From an uncultured archaeon (lineage in GTDB: Archaea > Asgardarchaeota > Lokiarchaeia > Sigyniarchaeales > SOKP01), in the NCBI GenBank assembly GCA_964632315.1, contig CAZWEM010000008.1, positions 51,141-115,140 on the forward strand: a stretch of 64,000 nt of DNA, in the 5' to 3' direction. Every line of letters starts with the position of its first letter. The first letter of the stretch is position 1. Below are positions 1 to 11,566 of this stretch, piece after piece. The translations under genes were made by a program, and so were the position numbers. The notes beneath the pieces are model-generated. The model was not told the origin of the DNA and searched no databases. It saw nothing but the letters and a program-made list of their open reading frames with translations.

Positions 1-32
1 GGCACCTCCTAAATCAAACCAATAGAAACGTC

Positions 33-1550
33 ATGATTTTTGATATCATCCATGAGATTCCTAATACAAATTTGAAGAAAGTGAATTTTCATAGTATTGC
101 GGTTTTCGATAAAGATTGGTCAGATTTTAAGTTTATTCAAGCTACAGATCTACATGTTGCTAGAAGAAATGATTTCATTATTGACTTTCTTAAAAATAAA
201 GTGAGGAGTAAAATTGATAAATCTGGAAATAAGGAAAGGAAATTACGCAAAATTGACCAATTTGTTTTAAATAGAGACTATGAATTTAGAGAAGGATTTC
301 AGGAAGGTCGATTAGATGATTTAAAATTTGCTAAATACAATTTTAATTATAATTTAAGAAAGCTCATTGATTTTACTAATTCCAAAGTTGCTTCAAAAGA
401 ATGTGATTTTGTCCTTTTAACAGGTGATTTAGTAGATTATTTATCTATTGGAAAAGGAAATAACGTCTATAAGAATAATCTAGAAGTTTTTCTAGAGATC
501 ATTCTGGGAATTAATAAAGGTTCGGATAAATGGCCGTTTTTTGAGGAGGATCAAGAATTTTTTAATAAGAAAGAGATATTAGCACCAATTATTACGACTG
601 TTGGAAACCACGATTACCATAAGGGTCTATATGGTGTACGATTAGCAGGGATAAACAAGATATTTGGAATAACTCATTCTGAATTAATAGGTTATCGCGA
701 TATTAAATTATGGAATTATATCTTTTCTTTTTATTCTCGAAATAAATTTATAGCAGATTATTTTAGGTATGTCAACCCTAATTGCAACTTCATGATGCAA
801 ATTGGAGATGAATATAATTTTATATTTTTAGATACCGGAGCGGATTCTCTGGCAGATTTCCATGATCTAATGAAAGGTGGTGCTAGCACTAAGGGAATTA
901 AGGATTTCCAAGTAGATATCTTACGGACTTATATTCAAATTTCTCTAAATAAAAAAATCATCATTGTAATGCACACCCCACCCGTTTCTCCTAATTTGAG
1001 TCGTTCAAAAAGAAGAAAATATAAAAAATTATTTAATATTAGAAAAAGAAAACTTCAATGGTCAGATTTCTATGAAGAAAATTTGAGCAAACTCAATCTT
1101 TCAACGAGGATAGAACAATTTCTTAACATGAAATATCAAACAATAATGTATAACTGGAAAATTTTTCTAAAAATCATCACTGGTTCAGATAAAATTATCA
1201 ATAGGAAAGTTGATCTTGTGCTTTGTGGTCATACACATAGCATCAAAGAATATCGCCTAAGGGAAACTGATGAAGGTCAGATGTTAAATTATGGATTTTG
1301 GGGCCTTCCGTTTTATATTGAAATTCCGTGTGAAATTTATGCTTCAATATACAGAGAAAGGTTAAAAGAGTTCCAAAATGAACAGGATAGAAGGATTTGG
1401 TTTGATGTGAATAAACCTTTTGTACTTCAAACCCAGGCTCTTGGACCGCTCTCAGCAAAATTTGATACTAAATCTCCCGGATTTCGATACGTCACGATTA
1501 AAAATAATCAGCTAGTTGGTTTAGATATTTTCTCATTACACTTAATTTGA
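33..1550 (+). CDS. Calcineurin-like metallophosphoesterase
   Basis: Motifs TDLH, GDLVD, GNHD, MHTP and GHTH in canonical order. Confidence 0.85.
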   Translation: MIFDIIHEIPNTNLKKVNFHSIAVFDKDWSDFKFIQATDLHVARRNDFIIDFLKNKVRSKIDKSGNKERKLRKIDQFVLNRDYEFREGFQEGRLDDLKFAKYNFNYNLRKLIDFTNSKVASKECDFVLLTGDLVDYLSIGKGNNVYKNNLEVFLEIILGINKGSDKWPFFEEDQEFFNKKEILAPIITTVGNHDYHKGLYGVRLAGINKIFGITHSELIGYRDIKLWNYIFSFYSRNKFIADYFRYVNPNCNFMMQIGDEYNFIFLDTGADSLADFHDLMKGGASTKGIKDFQVDILRTYIQISLNKKIIIVMHTPPVSPNLSRSKRRKYKKLFNIRKRKLQWSDFYEENLSKLNLSTRIEQFLNMKYQTIMYNWKIFLKIITGSDKIINRKVDLVLCGHTHSIKEYRLRETDEGQMLNYGFWGLPFYIEIPCEIYASIYRERLKEFQNEQDRRIWFDVNKPFVLQTQALGPLSAKFDTKSPGFRYVTIKNNQLVGLDIFSLHLI

Positions 1551-2507
1551 TTCATCAATAAATTTAATTACATCTTCAAATGTGGTATCTGCCATCGGCC
1601 CAAAATGGCTAACTTTCAGAGCGCCCACCGCATTTGCAAACTGTAAGCATCTTTTTAAATCCCATCCTTTTAGATAGGATGAAATAAATGCACCTCCAAA
1701 TGAATCACCCGCTCCGGTAGGATCTCTTTCTTTAATCTTAAAAGAGGGAACATGAAGTGGTATAGTGATATTCTTGCTAAAAATTGTTGATCCCCGATCT
1801 CCTTGTTTTAAAATAACGAGATCTGGATTTCCCTTTAGTAATTCGAAACATGCTGATTTTTCGCCCTTAATACCAGCCAACATTTCTGCTTCTTCTCCAC
1901 TTGGTAGTAGAACATTTGTCTCTTCCAAAACGGGTTTACTGATTCTCAGAATCTCTTCAATGTCAAGCATTTCTGGACGTAAATTGGGATCAAATGATAC
2001 AATAGCCTTGGGATTCATCATTCTGGTTATTTTAATTGCTTTATAACATGCATCTCTTGAATTCTTACTAATAGACAAAGAACTTCCCATTATATGTAAT
2101 GACTTAACATTTGTAAAATATTCTTGGTCAATATCATTAGGAGAAGTATCTGCAGCTGCTCCAGCTGCAAAAATGAATTTTCTCGATCCATCAGAATTAT
2201 ACTGGTTAAATGCAATACCCGTGGTTAATGATTCGGTTATTCTTATCTGAGAGATATCGACTTTATCATTTCTTAGCTTGCTTAGCACGCATTCTCCAAA
2301 TTCATCGTGGCCCACTACACCAATAAACCCCGTTTTTAGAGTAGTGTCTCTTGTCATTCTCGCTGCAGAATCTATAAATATAGCTGGTGCACCACTCGGA
2401 AAGGGGCCTTTATAAATTGCCCCAAGTTTTCGATGTGGTACGTCCTTTTCATTTCGCATTATCTCAACTAACAACTCACCTAAACATATAATCTCGGGAT
2501 TTCTCAT
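1542..2507 (-). CDS. PfkB/ribokinase-family carbohydrate kinase
   Basis: SGAPA, GVVGHDEFG, FDPNLRP, DPTGAGDSF signature. Confidence 0.92.
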   Translation of the reverse strand: MRNPEIICLGELLVEIMRNEKDVPHRKLGAIYKGPFPSGAPAIFIDSAARMTRDTTLKTGFIGVVGHDEFGECVLSKLRNDKVDISQIRITESLTTGIAFNQYNSDGSRKFIFAAGAAADTSPNDIDQEYFTNVKSLHIMGSSLSISKNSRDACYKAIKITRMMNPKAIVSFDPNLRPEMLDIEEILRISKPVLEETNVLLPSGEEAEMLAGIKGEKSACFELLKGNPDLVILKQGDRGSTIFSKNITIPLHVPSFKIKERDPTGAGDSFGGAFISSYLKGWDLKRCLQFANAVGALKVSHFGPMADTTFEDVIKFIDESN

Positions 2508-2803
2508 ATTAAGATCATAATTAATTATAATAAAAATGAGTTTTGGAAATTATTTTTTCCTTATCCAATATTTACAACAACTTGGATATATCTTATAATA
2601 TCAGGGAAAAAATGCCTATCATTAGACTATTTAATAATAAAATGAAAATAGAAATCCGTAAGCCATATCGAACAATTTTGGGTAAAATCTTACTTTATTT
2701 TTTAATCTCATTTTCAATTTATAAAGAGAATTAATCTTTAAATTACATTAAAATTAATACTCTAGTAATTATAATCTTCTAATTCAGAATAAAAGGGTTA
2801 AAA

Positions 2804-3835
2804 TTGTTAGAGACAAATATTACAAAATTGTTTGGAATAAAGAATCCTATTGTTGCAGCCCCGATGGGTCCTTTCTATACCACTGAGTTAACCATTGCGG
2901 TATCTGAAGCGGGTGGTCTTGGAGTATTAAGCCATACTAATTTATTTGGTAAGAGTAGCATTGAGGAAATGAAAAAAAACATGCTTCACGTGATAGAACA
3001 TACAGATAAACCCTTTGGATTCAATATAAGAACGTCTAGATTACAACTTGATGCACCATTATTGTGTCGTCAAATTCCCAAGTTTATACAAAGCAACCCT
3101 AAATTACGAGATCAATGTTTATATGCTGTTACAAGTGCAGGTAGTCCCAAAACAATGCATAGTAAACAATTTCTGAGATTAAAGGAGTCTGGTTCTCAAA
3201 TTAAGCATTTTCATGTTGCACCAGCACTCTGGCTCGCAGATAAATGTGTTGCAAATGGAGTGGATGGGATGGTTGTCACGGGTTGGGAAGGAGGTGGTCA
3301 TCAATCGTATGAAAAAATAAGTTCATTAGTCTTGCTTCAGCAAGTACGTCAAAAGCATCCTGATATTCCTATTATTGCTTGCGGTGGTTTTGCTTCTGGA
3401 GAGGGTCTTGCCGCGGCATTATCTATGGGTGCAGGAGCAATTGCTATGGGTTCAAGATTCATTGCCTCAAAAGATAGTGAATTTCATGAAAAATATAAAA
3501 ATATTGTTCCATCTGCTAAAGCGGATGATACAGTTTGGGTAACGGGAGTATTAGGGCCAATCAGGTTATGGAAAAATGAATATTCACTTCACCATGGTAT
3601 GATATCAAGTAAGGAAGAGAAAATGGCATTAGAAGCTAAAATCACGCCTCAAATGGCGCTTGAGGATCAGAAACACTACGAGATGACCTATGAAGGAGAT
3701 ATCACGAATGGAGCAGTTTTGCTAGGCCAAAGCATCGGGTTAATAGACTCAATAAAGAGTGTTAAAGAAATCGTTAATGGTATTATAAAGAGAGCTCAAG
3801 AATGTTTAGAAAATGGGGCACGTCTAATTAAGTAA
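2804..3835 (+). CDS. Nitronate monooxygenase / FabK-like FMN oxidoreductase
   Basis: PIVAAPMG, AVSEAGGLG, EGGGH, IIACGG, MGSRF. Confidence 0.88.
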   Translation: MLETNITKLFGIKNPIVAAPMGPFYTTELTIAVSEAGGLGVLSHTNLFGKSSIEEMKKNMLHVIEHTDKPFGFNIRTSRLQLDAPLLCRQIPKFIQSNPKLRDQCLYAVTSAGSPKTMHSKQFLRLKESGSQIKHFHVAPALWLADKCVANGVDGMVVTGWEGGGHQSYEKISSLVLLQQVRQKHPDIPIIACGGFASGEGLAAALSMGAGAIAMGSRFIASKDSEFHEKYKNIVPSAKADDTVWVTGVLGPIRLWKNEYSLHHGMISSKEEKMALEAKITPQMALEDQKHYEMTYEGDITNGAVLLGQSIGLIDSIKSVKEIVNGIIKRAQECLENGARLIK

Positions 3836-3905
3836 TCTTTCTTTTTTATTTTAAATTGCTATTTCTTAATCAAATTAATATATTGCTTAAGCTAAATTAA
3901 TAAGT

Positions 3906-4145
3906 ATGGAAAACCGAAAAAAAATTGAATTAATTGCAGAAGTTTTGGAACGGTATGATAAGGGCACCTGTTTTTATTGCGTTAGTGTTTTAAACGGAGA
4001 TATGGAAGCATATGATCGAGATGAGGGTTTTGATGATGATTGGTGTCCTAATTGTTGTGAAAGCATTGATCCTAATGATGATTGGGATGAAGCATGTATA
4101 AGTGCTATCGAAAAGGTTATCCATAATCAAGAATTTGTACCCTAA
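3906..4145 (+). CDS. Small acidic putative zinc-binding protein
   Basis: 79 aa, CFYC...CPNC pairs, ATG start, co-oriented with neighbours. Confidence 0.65.
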   Translation: MENRKKIELIAEVLERYDKGTCFYCVSVLNGDMEAYDRDEGFDDDWCPNCCESIDPNDDWDEACISAIEKVIHNQEFVP

Positions 4146-4167
4146 AAAACCTAATCAGGTGATTAAA

Positions 4168-4635
4168 ATGACAAGCAGAATAGAAATCCAACCTTATCAA
4201 TACATGGAGTATTTTATGAAAGAGGCCGCCCATATAGTTTCAATGAGTAAGGAGGGCAATTTGAACGTGATGGCAGTTTTATGGAAGACTATTGGTGAAT
4301 TGTGGGGTATTCCCATAATCACAATAGCTGTTTCGCCGGCCAGATATTCTCATGAATTTCTATCACAAGGAATTCCTGAATTTTCATTAAATATTCCATC
4401 CAAGAATATTGCTCATACAATCAATATAACTGGAACTAAATCTGGAAGAAATACGGATAAATTCAAAGAAGCAAACTTAGAAATTATCGAGGGAAAAACA
4501 ACTAAAGTACCTACAATTAAAGACTGCATCTTAAATTATGAATGTAAAATAGTACATTCGTGTAAATCTGGCAGTATGGCAAGCCATACCTTATTTTTTG
4601 GTGAAATCTTAGCAGCTTATACTTCCATTGAATGA
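4168..4635 (+). CDS. Flavin reductase-like FMN-binding protein
   Basis: NVMA..W, SPARYSH, GTKSGR.TDKF, YECKIV, HTLFFGEI; start moved to ATG 4168 after an AGGTGA SD-like site. Confidence 0.85.
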   Translation: MTSRIEIQPYQYMEYFMKEAAHIVSMSKEGNLNVMAVLWKTIGELWGIPIITIAVSPARYSHEFLSQGIPEFSLNIPSKNIAHTINITGTKSGRNTDKFKEANLEIIEGKTTKVPTIKDCILNYECKIVHSCKSGSMASHTLFFGEILAAYTSIE

Positions 4636-4665
4636 TTAGGCATAGATATAAAAAAAATATAAAAA

Positions 4666-5277
4666 TTATTTTGGAGATTTTTCTTTTTCCTCAATAATGT
4701 AAATTTTATCAAAAGCTTGGATTAAATTAGTAGTTATAGATTTTCTTGCGAAACCAACAAATAATAATGAAACAATCGCACTTAGTCCAAATTGAACTGC
4801 TCCATTGAAAAACAATTCAAATAATGCACTTGGAAATCCATATAAAATTATTTCCGCAATAAAATATCCCACCACCATTATAGTACCCCCAATAATAACC
4901 CCAATAAAATCCTTATAGTTTATTTTAAGATAATTTTTTCGTGGATTACTTATGAGTCCCACTATAAATCCCTCTAATCCTTTAATTATTAAAGTTGCTA
5001 GAGCATATTGAGGTGCTAAAAAAATGTCAGTCAAAGCAGAACCAAATCCACCCGCAATACCCCCAATTATAGGTCCAAAAAGTAATCCAGAGATCATCAC
5101 TCCAATATCTCCTAAATTGATATACCCTTGGGTGGTGGGAATTGTAAATGGCACAATAAAGGTTAAGATGCATGTTACTGCGGCAAAAATTGCTGCAACA
5201 GGTAAAACAATGATATTATTTAGCAAATAATATCCCATAAAGTTAGAATTTTTACGATTACTACTCATTTTGATCAA
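4666..5277 (-). CDS. ECF transporter S-component
   Basis: GYINLGD, GLLFGP..GG.AGGFGSALTD, IIKGLEG; multiple TM helices. Confidence 0.88.
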   Translation of the reverse strand: MIKMSSNRKNSNFMGYYLLNNIIVLPVAAIFAAVTCILTFIVPFTIPTTQGYINLGDIGVMISGLLFGPIIGGIAGGFGSALTDIFLAPQYALATLIIKGLEGFIVGLISNPRKNYLKINYKDFIGVIIGGTIMVVGYFIAEIILYGFPSALFELFFNGAVQFGLSAIVSLLFVGFARKSITTNLIQAFDKIYIIEEKEKSPK

Positions 5278-5578
5278 TTAGGTATTAATTATAATTGGTA
5301 AGAATATTCTTTCCAAAGAACCAATTGTGGTTTCATGTATATAAATCTCATTGATAATATAAAAATTATTAAAAAATTAGTAAACATTAGTCCCCCCGCT
5401 GCAAGAGGGTTACTTAGGATATCAGTCCTTTTAAACCAATTGAAAAAGCGTTATGGACAAGAGGTTAAATTAACTTTTCTTCAGAAAAGTGCATTAATTT
5501 AGAGGGTTAAAAGATTAGATATAAATTTAGATTCTTTTACTATAAAAAATAGTCAGATTTTATTTAGAGAATTTTAAG

Positions 5579-7093
5579 ATGAATGAGAAATTAAGTGAAG
5601 AATTTAATAGGAGCATTTCTCAGACATTGTTAAAGAATCATCCAGACATAATTCTGATTCTTGACGGGGAAGGCAAAATTATTCAAGTTTCTGACAATAT
5701 TATTAAGACATTTAATGATTATAGCAGAAATGAATTAATTGGTAAATCTCTTGCTGAATTCATGGTTGAAAAAGATAAAAAAGTGTTCAAGAAGCAGTTA
5801 AAAGAAATCTCGGAGAAAAAAATCTTAAAAATGGAGGAATACAAGTTCATAAAGAAAGATCACTCAAAGATAGCTGGGGAGCTAAGTTTAAGCATTGTTG
5901 AATCTGAAATTGGAAATGATATCTTATTGGGGATCATGAGAGACATCTCCAATCAAAAATCATTAGAAAAAGACCTAGTCAAAAGTAAACAAATGTTCCA
6001 ACTTGTTATGGACAATATTCCACAATTACTCTCTTGGAAAGATATTAATTCAATTTATATTGGATGTAACAAGAATTTCGCCCGTGTAGCGGGTTTAAAC
6101 GAACCAGCGGAGATCATAGGAAAATCTGATTATGAGCTTCCTTGGAAAATTAGTGAAGCGGAGTCATTTTTTGAAATTGATCAACTGGTTATGGACACAG
6201 ATAAACCAGAGTATCATATCTTCGAGCCACAATTACAAGCTGATGGAAAACAAGCCTGGTTAGATACGAATAAAATTCCACTTCATAATTCTAGAGGAGA
6301 AGTTGTGGGTATTTTGTGCACCTATGAAGATATAACCGATCGAGTCAATGCAGAGATCGCTTTGAAAAATTCAGAAAAAAAATATAGAGAAGCATTTAAC
6401 AGAGCTGAATTTTATAAAGATGTATTCGCCCATGATATTAGTAATATTTTACAAGGGATTTTATCCTCTCTTGAACTTTCTCGTTTAACATTGAAAGACG
6501 TGGAGATTAACAAAATCGACAAATTTTATGAAATTATTGAAGATCAGATCAATAGAGGAGCAAATCTGGTTTCTAATATTCGTAAAATATCCTCAATTGA
6601 TGATAATGAGAAAAAATTAATACCAATTAACGTATCCCAATACATTAAAGAAGCGATTGAGGTAGTTCGCAAAATTTTTCCAAAACGAAAAATCACTTTT
6701 CAATTAACAGCACCTCAAGATCTCGTGTATGTAAAAGCAAATAAATTGTTACTTGATGTATTCCAAAATATCATATATAATGCTGTTAAGCACAATAAAA
6801 ACTCTATAGTAGATATTGATGTAATTGTGAACGATGAATTAATTGAAGGAAAATCTCATATTAAGCTACAATTTGTTGATAATGGTCTTGGGGTACCTGA
6901 TCCCCAAAAAATTACTATTTTCCAAAGAGGGACGGTTGAATCTAAGAGTTTTAACAGATTAGGCCTTGGATTATCATTAGTTAAAAAATTGGTTGAAACT
7001 TATAATGGTCAAATTTGGGTCGAAGATAAAGTTAAAGGAGACCCTACTAAAGGCAGTAATTTCATTATTTTGATTGAACAATCACTTATTTAG
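5579..7093 (+). CDS. Cytoplasmic PAS-PAS sensor histidine kinase
   Basis: Two PAS/PAC repeats (ELIGKS..RDIS; EIIGKSD..EDIT), H-box AHDISN, N-box NAVKH, DNGLG, GLGL. Confidence 0.92.
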   Translation: MNEKLSEEFNRSISQTLLKNHPDIILILDGEGKIIQVSDNIIKTFNDYSRNELIGKSLAEFMVEKDKKVFKKQLKEISEKKILKMEEYKFIKKDHSKIAGELSLSIVESEIGNDILLGIMRDISNQKSLEKDLVKSKQMFQLVMDNIPQLLSWKDINSIYIGCNKNFARVAGLNEPAEIIGKSDYELPWKISEAESFFEIDQLVMDTDKPEYHIFEPQLQADGKQAWLDTNKIPLHNSRGEVVGILCTYEDITDRVNAEIALKNSEKKYREAFNRAEFYKDVFAHDISNILQGILSSLELSRLTLKDVEINKIDKFYEIIEDQINRGANLVSNIRKISSIDDNEKKLIPINVSQYIKEAIEVVRKIFPKRKITFQLTAPQDLVYVKANKLLLDVFQNIIYNAVKHNKNSIVDIDVIVNDELIEGKSHIKLQFVDNGLGVPDPQKITIFQRGTVESKSFNRLGLGLSLVKKLVETYNGQIWVEDKVKGDPTKGSNFIILIEQSLI

Positions 7094-7137
7094 AAGATAT
7101 GACTAACTTTTTTTGATTGAAATAATAATTATTATTA

Positions 7138-9714
7138 ATGTTGTTTTTATGTATTGAGAATCTCATTCCTTTAGACGTACAAATTGAAGAAATATCGATA
7201 ATTCCGAATCCACGCAATCTCAAATTTATTGAAGATGGATGTATAAAAATCAGTGCAAACTCTTCAATATCTCACAATTTGCCTTTCAACTCGGTTTATT
7301 TAATCGATAATTTAATGGAACACTTACTTAATAGTGGATTAAATTCCAAAATACCAGTCAAAAATAATGATAGTTACGATTATGATAAACTTCTAAAACT
7401 CTGTGAGATTAATTTTCCGAATAAATTTGCTGAAATAAAGAATCAAGAACTATTCAAGACACAAGGTTATATCCTCGCGATATCAGATAATAATATTAAC
7501 ATAATTGGAGATACTTCCCAAGGTATTTTTTATGGAATTCAAAGTTTATTACAAATTTTTGATTCTTACAACGATCACCTTATTTGCAATCATTTAGTTA
7601 TAATTGATTATCCTCTACTCAAAATTCGGGGGATTTCAGATGATATTTCTCGAGGACAAGCACCCACGTTAGAAAATCTAAAGAAGTTCATGACTATTTT
7701 AAGTCATTATAAAATTAATCAATACTATTTAGTCTACATGCAAGACATGTATCAATTTAAAAATCATAGAGAGATTTGGGAGAGAAGAGGTGCTTATTCA
7801 AAAGAAGAATTGATAAGTTTAGTAGAACATGCAAGAAAATGTTTTATAGAGATCATACCAATTTTTCAAACAGTTGGACATTGGGATAACATACTCTTCC
7901 ATAAAACCTATTGGAAATACGGTGAATTTCCAGGATCTAATAGTTTAAATTTAGCAAACGAAGAAATTTATCAATTATTAGAGGAAATGATTGAAGAATT
8001 GAGTGAAGTGTTTGAATCTAAGTATTTTCACATTGCAGCTGATGAAAGTTGGGATGTTGGAAGGGGAAAGTCAAAAAATTATATCCAAAAAGTAGGTATT
8101 GAACAAGCATATCTCACACATTACAAAAAAGTTTATGATATTGTTAAAAAACATGGTTTTGAAAAAGTGATCATTTATCATGATATTTTGTATAAGCATG
8201 AATTTGTTTTGAAAAACCTACCAAAAGATATAATCGTAATGTATTGGAAATATAACCTAAAAGAAAGTCATCCCATAATTGATTTACTAAACACCCATGA
8301 TTTCCCGATTCTCGTTTCTCCTTCAATTTGGGATTATAATCGGATCTTCCCTAACATTTCTAATTTTGAAAAGAATGTTAGTAATATTGCTGCATATGGG
8401 TATGCAAGAAATATCGAAGGGATAGTTACTTCTAGTTGGGGCGATTACAAGAACAAAGAATTAAGAGAAAATCGAATTTTTGGTTTTATATATTCCGCTG
8501 AGGTTGCTTGGAACTCTAGGACTCCCGTGAATCGCTTGCAATTTTGGAAATCAGTTTTTAATGAGCTTTTTGGTACTAAAGAGATTCTCAAAATATTTAA
8601 TAAAATCAGAGAAATCCAAGATAAGAAAAAATTACGCGTAAGACCGACTTTTTATTATAATCATTTTTTCAGTCATCCATATCGGAAAAACACCAAGGGC
8701 TTCAGACGGAGTTTAAGAACGAGCCAATTTAGCAAATTAATTAAAGAACTAGGGGAAATGATTAATACTTATAATAGTTTGTTAAAAAATGAAGATAAAA
8801 ATCATCAGTTGCTACGATCACTTATTTTCGTTCTCCAACACATGCAATTTTACTGTTCTAAAAGGATTAATTCTAAGAAACTGGTAAACTTTAATATAAA
8901 AAGAACCAATAAAACGATTCTTAATATCATTATTAAAGAAATTGAAAACTTAAAAGGCCAGTTGGAAAATCTCTTGCTTGATTATGAAAAATTATGGCTT
9001 AAAATGGCAAAACCAGATGGATTTAGATCAATAAAACAGCAATACCTTTGGTTGATTCAATTTTATAATGATAAGATACATGAGTTAAGTGAAAGAAAGA
9101 AATGGGAGGATCCAAACATACAAAGTGAATCAATTTATCTAAAAGATAAAGAGAGCGATTCTGTTCATACAACTTCATTCAAAAAAGTCATACTGCTAAA
9201 GGATAAAGTTCAAGAAGCCCACATTCAAGTCATTGCAGGTACTTATTGTGAAATTTATATTAATGGATCTTTCATAGGATTTGGGATCACGAGACATACT
9301 TTAAATTATGTAATTCAAGACAACAATATTAAAATTTTTGATATTACAATCAATTTAAAGAAAGGAGAAAATACCATAATCCTTAAAAATACTGATTATA
9401 TTGGAGGAATGGGAATAGTAAACTTATACGGAGAAATTAGATTAGAATCAGACGAAATAATTCAACTTAAAACGGATAAAAGCTGGCTTGGCTCAAAAGA
9501 GGACCTCGGAGAATGGAAGAAAGTAAAAAGTTTCGGGAGACCTCCAAAACTAACGGGCGGACTCAATTATCCTGATTTCAATAAAGGATTACATTCGAAA
9601 GAAAATGAGTATGTAGCATCATTCAATACTATCTTTAGTAAAACATCCCCAAAAATACGTTGGTTAATAAAGATCTTAGTAAAAATTTTCAACCGATATG
9701 ATATTTTAGAATAA
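7138..9714 (+). CDS. GH20 beta-N-acetylhexosaminidase-like glycoside hydrolase with C-terminal beta-sandwich
   Basis: IIDYP..KIRG..DISRG, YKIN, GHW, catalytic HIAADES. Confidence 0.85.
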   Translation: MLFLCIENLIPLDVQIEEISIIPNPRNLKFIEDGCIKISANSSISHNLPFNSVYLIDNLMEHLLNSGLNSKIPVKNNDSYDYDKLLKLCEINFPNKFAEIKNQELFKTQGYILAISDNNINIIGDTSQGIFYGIQSLLQIFDSYNDHLICNHLVIIDYPLLKIRGISDDISRGQAPTLENLKKFMTILSHYKINQYYLVYMQDMYQFKNHREIWERRGAYSKEELISLVEHARKCFIEIIPIFQTVGHWDNILFHKTYWKYGEFPGSNSLNLANEEIYQLLEEMIEELSEVFESKYFHIAADESWDVGRGKSKNYIQKVGIEQAYLTHYKKVYDIVKKHGFEKVIIYHDILYKHEFVLKNLPKDIIVMYWKYNLKESHPIIDLLNTHDFPILVSPSIWDYNRIFPNISNFEKNVSNIAAYGYARNIEGIVTSSWGDYKNKELRENRIFGFIYSAEVAWNSRTPVNRLQFWKSVFNELFGTKEILKIFNKIREIQDKKKLRVRPTFYYNHFFSHPYRKNTKGFRRSLRTSQFSKLIKELGEMINTYNSLLKNEDKNHQLLRSLIFVLQHMQFYCSKRINSKKLVNFNIKRTNKTILNIIIKEIENLKGQLENLLLDYEKLWLKMAKPDGFRSIKQQYLWLIQFYNDKIHELSERKKWEDPNIQSESIYLKDKESDSVHTTSFKKVILLKDKVQEAHIQVIAGTYCEIYINGSFIGFGITRHTLNYVIQDNNIKIFDITINLKKGENTIILKNTDYIGGMGIVNLYGEIRLESDEIIQLKTDKSWLGSKEDLGEWKKVKSFGRPPKLTGGLNYPDFNKGLHSKENEYVASFNTIFSKTSPKIRWLIKILVKIFNRYDILE

Positions 9715-9814
9715 AAAAAGAAGAGTTAATTGTGTTTTTTCACATATTAAGATTAAATAGTAATTCAAATATAAAAATCAATTAGAAAAAAAAGAAATTT
9801 ATGTGAAAATGGTA

Positions 9815-10312
9815 TTAAGTCCTTTCCAGACCACATGATGTGCAAAAATTTCCTTCCATGGGTGCTCCACAAGAAGTACAAAATTTTGATTGATCTTGTG
9901 TAGCAACAGGTTTGGGCGCAGAAACTGTAGTTTGGGGCACTTCTTGAGAATATTTTTTATTTGATTTTGCAATGCTGAACATGCATATCCCAAAGATAAG
10001 TACTAAGACCCCTGCTATTAACAAGTAAAGTCCCACTCCCGCATCAAGAGAGAGAACACCTCCTACTATAAGGAAGATTCCAATTATAAGCGCAATAATA
10101 CCGCCTCTCCTTGTTTTTCCCGCACTCTCTCCAGCTTTCTTCCTCGCAGTTGCTACAGCGCTCGCTACAATTTCATCTTGTTTCGCAGCAACATCAGCAG
10201 TAATTTTTTCAAAATCAATGCTGTCAATTATTGCCCTTTCGTCTGCGGTTAATCCATCCTCATCCCTTTCGATTCCGTCAGAATATTTTTTTTTCTTAGA
10301 CAAATTTATCAA
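9815..10312 (-). CDS. Membrane protein with C-terminal zinc ribbon
   Basis: Two TM helices, then FCTSCG..FCTSCG. Confidence 0.8.
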   Translation of the reverse strand: MINLSKKKKYSDGIERDEDGLTADERAIIDSIDFEKITADVAAKQDEIVASAVATARKKAGESAGKTRRGGIIALIIGIFLIVGGVLSLDAGVGLYLLIAGVLVLIFGICMFSIAKSNKKYSQEVPQTTVSAPKPVATQDQSKFCTSCGAPMEGNFCTSCGLERT

Positions 10313-10492
10313 CCCTCTATTAATTGTGGATCATATGGTTAATTATTATTACTTAGTTGAATTTCATTATAAATCTATCTTTTGGTAATCAAAATCAGAA
10401 GATTATAAGTTAAAAATGTCATGATTTCTAAATTAAATTGTATCAAAATACGTAATTTGGTAATATTGAAAAAAAAAATTGAATAAGTAAAA

Positions 10493-11452
10493 TTAGAAAT
10501 TTGAGTAGATCATGAATTTATTATCAGATCCGATTGAGTAAATTTCGAATTTACTCCCCTTCTTGGTTTCACAGAACATTTGGATCATTGGAAACAAATA
10601 AATCTGAGAGGTAATTTGAGTATCTTTATCTTTCTCATGGGATTTATAATCGCTACCTGCTGATGAGATAGTCTTTTTAATGTTTTTATTCCAATATCCT
10701 AATGAGGGTTCTGCTTTCGATTCCAATGTTTTAAAGTCAGAAAATTTTATTCCCTCCACTTCCTCGATCATTTTATGTAAATCATCACCCATTTCCTTTT
10801 CATATTTGGTTTGGGCACTGCTATGTAAGACGGGAACACCAGTAACTACTGTTTTGAATGGTACGGGGAGAATTTGATATTTATAGAGAGTTTTGTGACC
10901 ATCGCATTCCTTGCAATGTTCTCTCCTTGTACCCGTCCCATAACAAGTTCCACAAGGATAAGAAAAGGCTTTCTTTTCCTTTTTTTGATCTTCTCCAACA
11001 AAAACCGTTATGGTCTCCTCGATTTTCCCGCTTCCTCCACATGTCTTACACTTGTCCTCAAGATATCCCTTTCCGTTACACTTCTTGCAAGTTATCCCTT
11101 GTATGGTATCATGCATCGGTACCAACTCATCCCCTTTCCAATTATCTTTATTCACTTGGCCTGCTCCTTTAAACGAATAAAAATATTCACGACTGATCCT
11201 TGGAGCTGGGAGCATTTTTTCTTCCTTACCTTGGGCTGCAGGTCCTAATGATTTTTTAACGGCAAAGTAAATTGCTGCTTCTTTCATGGTGTCTTTTACA
11301 TATTCAGCCGCACTAATAACATCTAAAGAAAAAACTGCACCCTTAGTCCCAAACTGTTTCTCCATCTTTTTCTTATCTTTCCTCATGGCACTTTGCTTCC
11401 ACTTTTCAAATATGTCATCAAGATTTGGAGTTTTAATTTTCACATCTGGCAT
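10493..11452 (-). CDS. DnaJ-type (CxxCxGxG)4 zinc-finger protein lacking a J-domain (SSUH2-like)
   Basis: CKKCNGKG, CKTCGGSG, CGTCYGTG, CKECDGHK; no HPD motif. Confidence 0.75.
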   Translation of the reverse strand: MPDVKIKTPNLDDIFEKWKQSAMRKDKKKMEKQFGTKGAVFSLDVISAAEYVKDTMKEAAIYFAVKKSLGPAAQGKEEKMLPAPRISREYFYSFKGAGQVNKDNWKGDELVPMHDTIQGITCKKCNGKGYLEDKCKTCGGSGKIEETITVFVGEDQKKEKKAFSYPCGTCYGTGTRREHCKECDGHKTLYKYQILPVPFKTVVTGVPVLHSSAQTKYEKEMGDDLHKMIEEVEGIKFSDFKTLESKAEPSLGYWNKNIKKTISSAGSDYKSHEKDKDTQITSQIYLFPMIQMFCETKKGSKFEIYSIGSDNKFMIYSNF

Positions 11453-11566
11453 TAGTTTTCACTCATTGAATTTTGATTTCGAATACTAAATAGTTAAATT
11501 AGATTAATTTATAATGTTATATAACAATATACAGATTTTAATTACTCTCCTATTTATTATACACTC

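Noticed and set aside
2543-2734. 63-aa ORF in the pfkB/NMO divergent spacer
   Set aside because: TTG start, AT-rich promoter-like sequence, no motif
5385-5512. tRNA, 5S, SRP or RNase P RNA
   Set aside because: No T-loop, SRP helix-8 or GAGGAAAGUCC-type consensus seen
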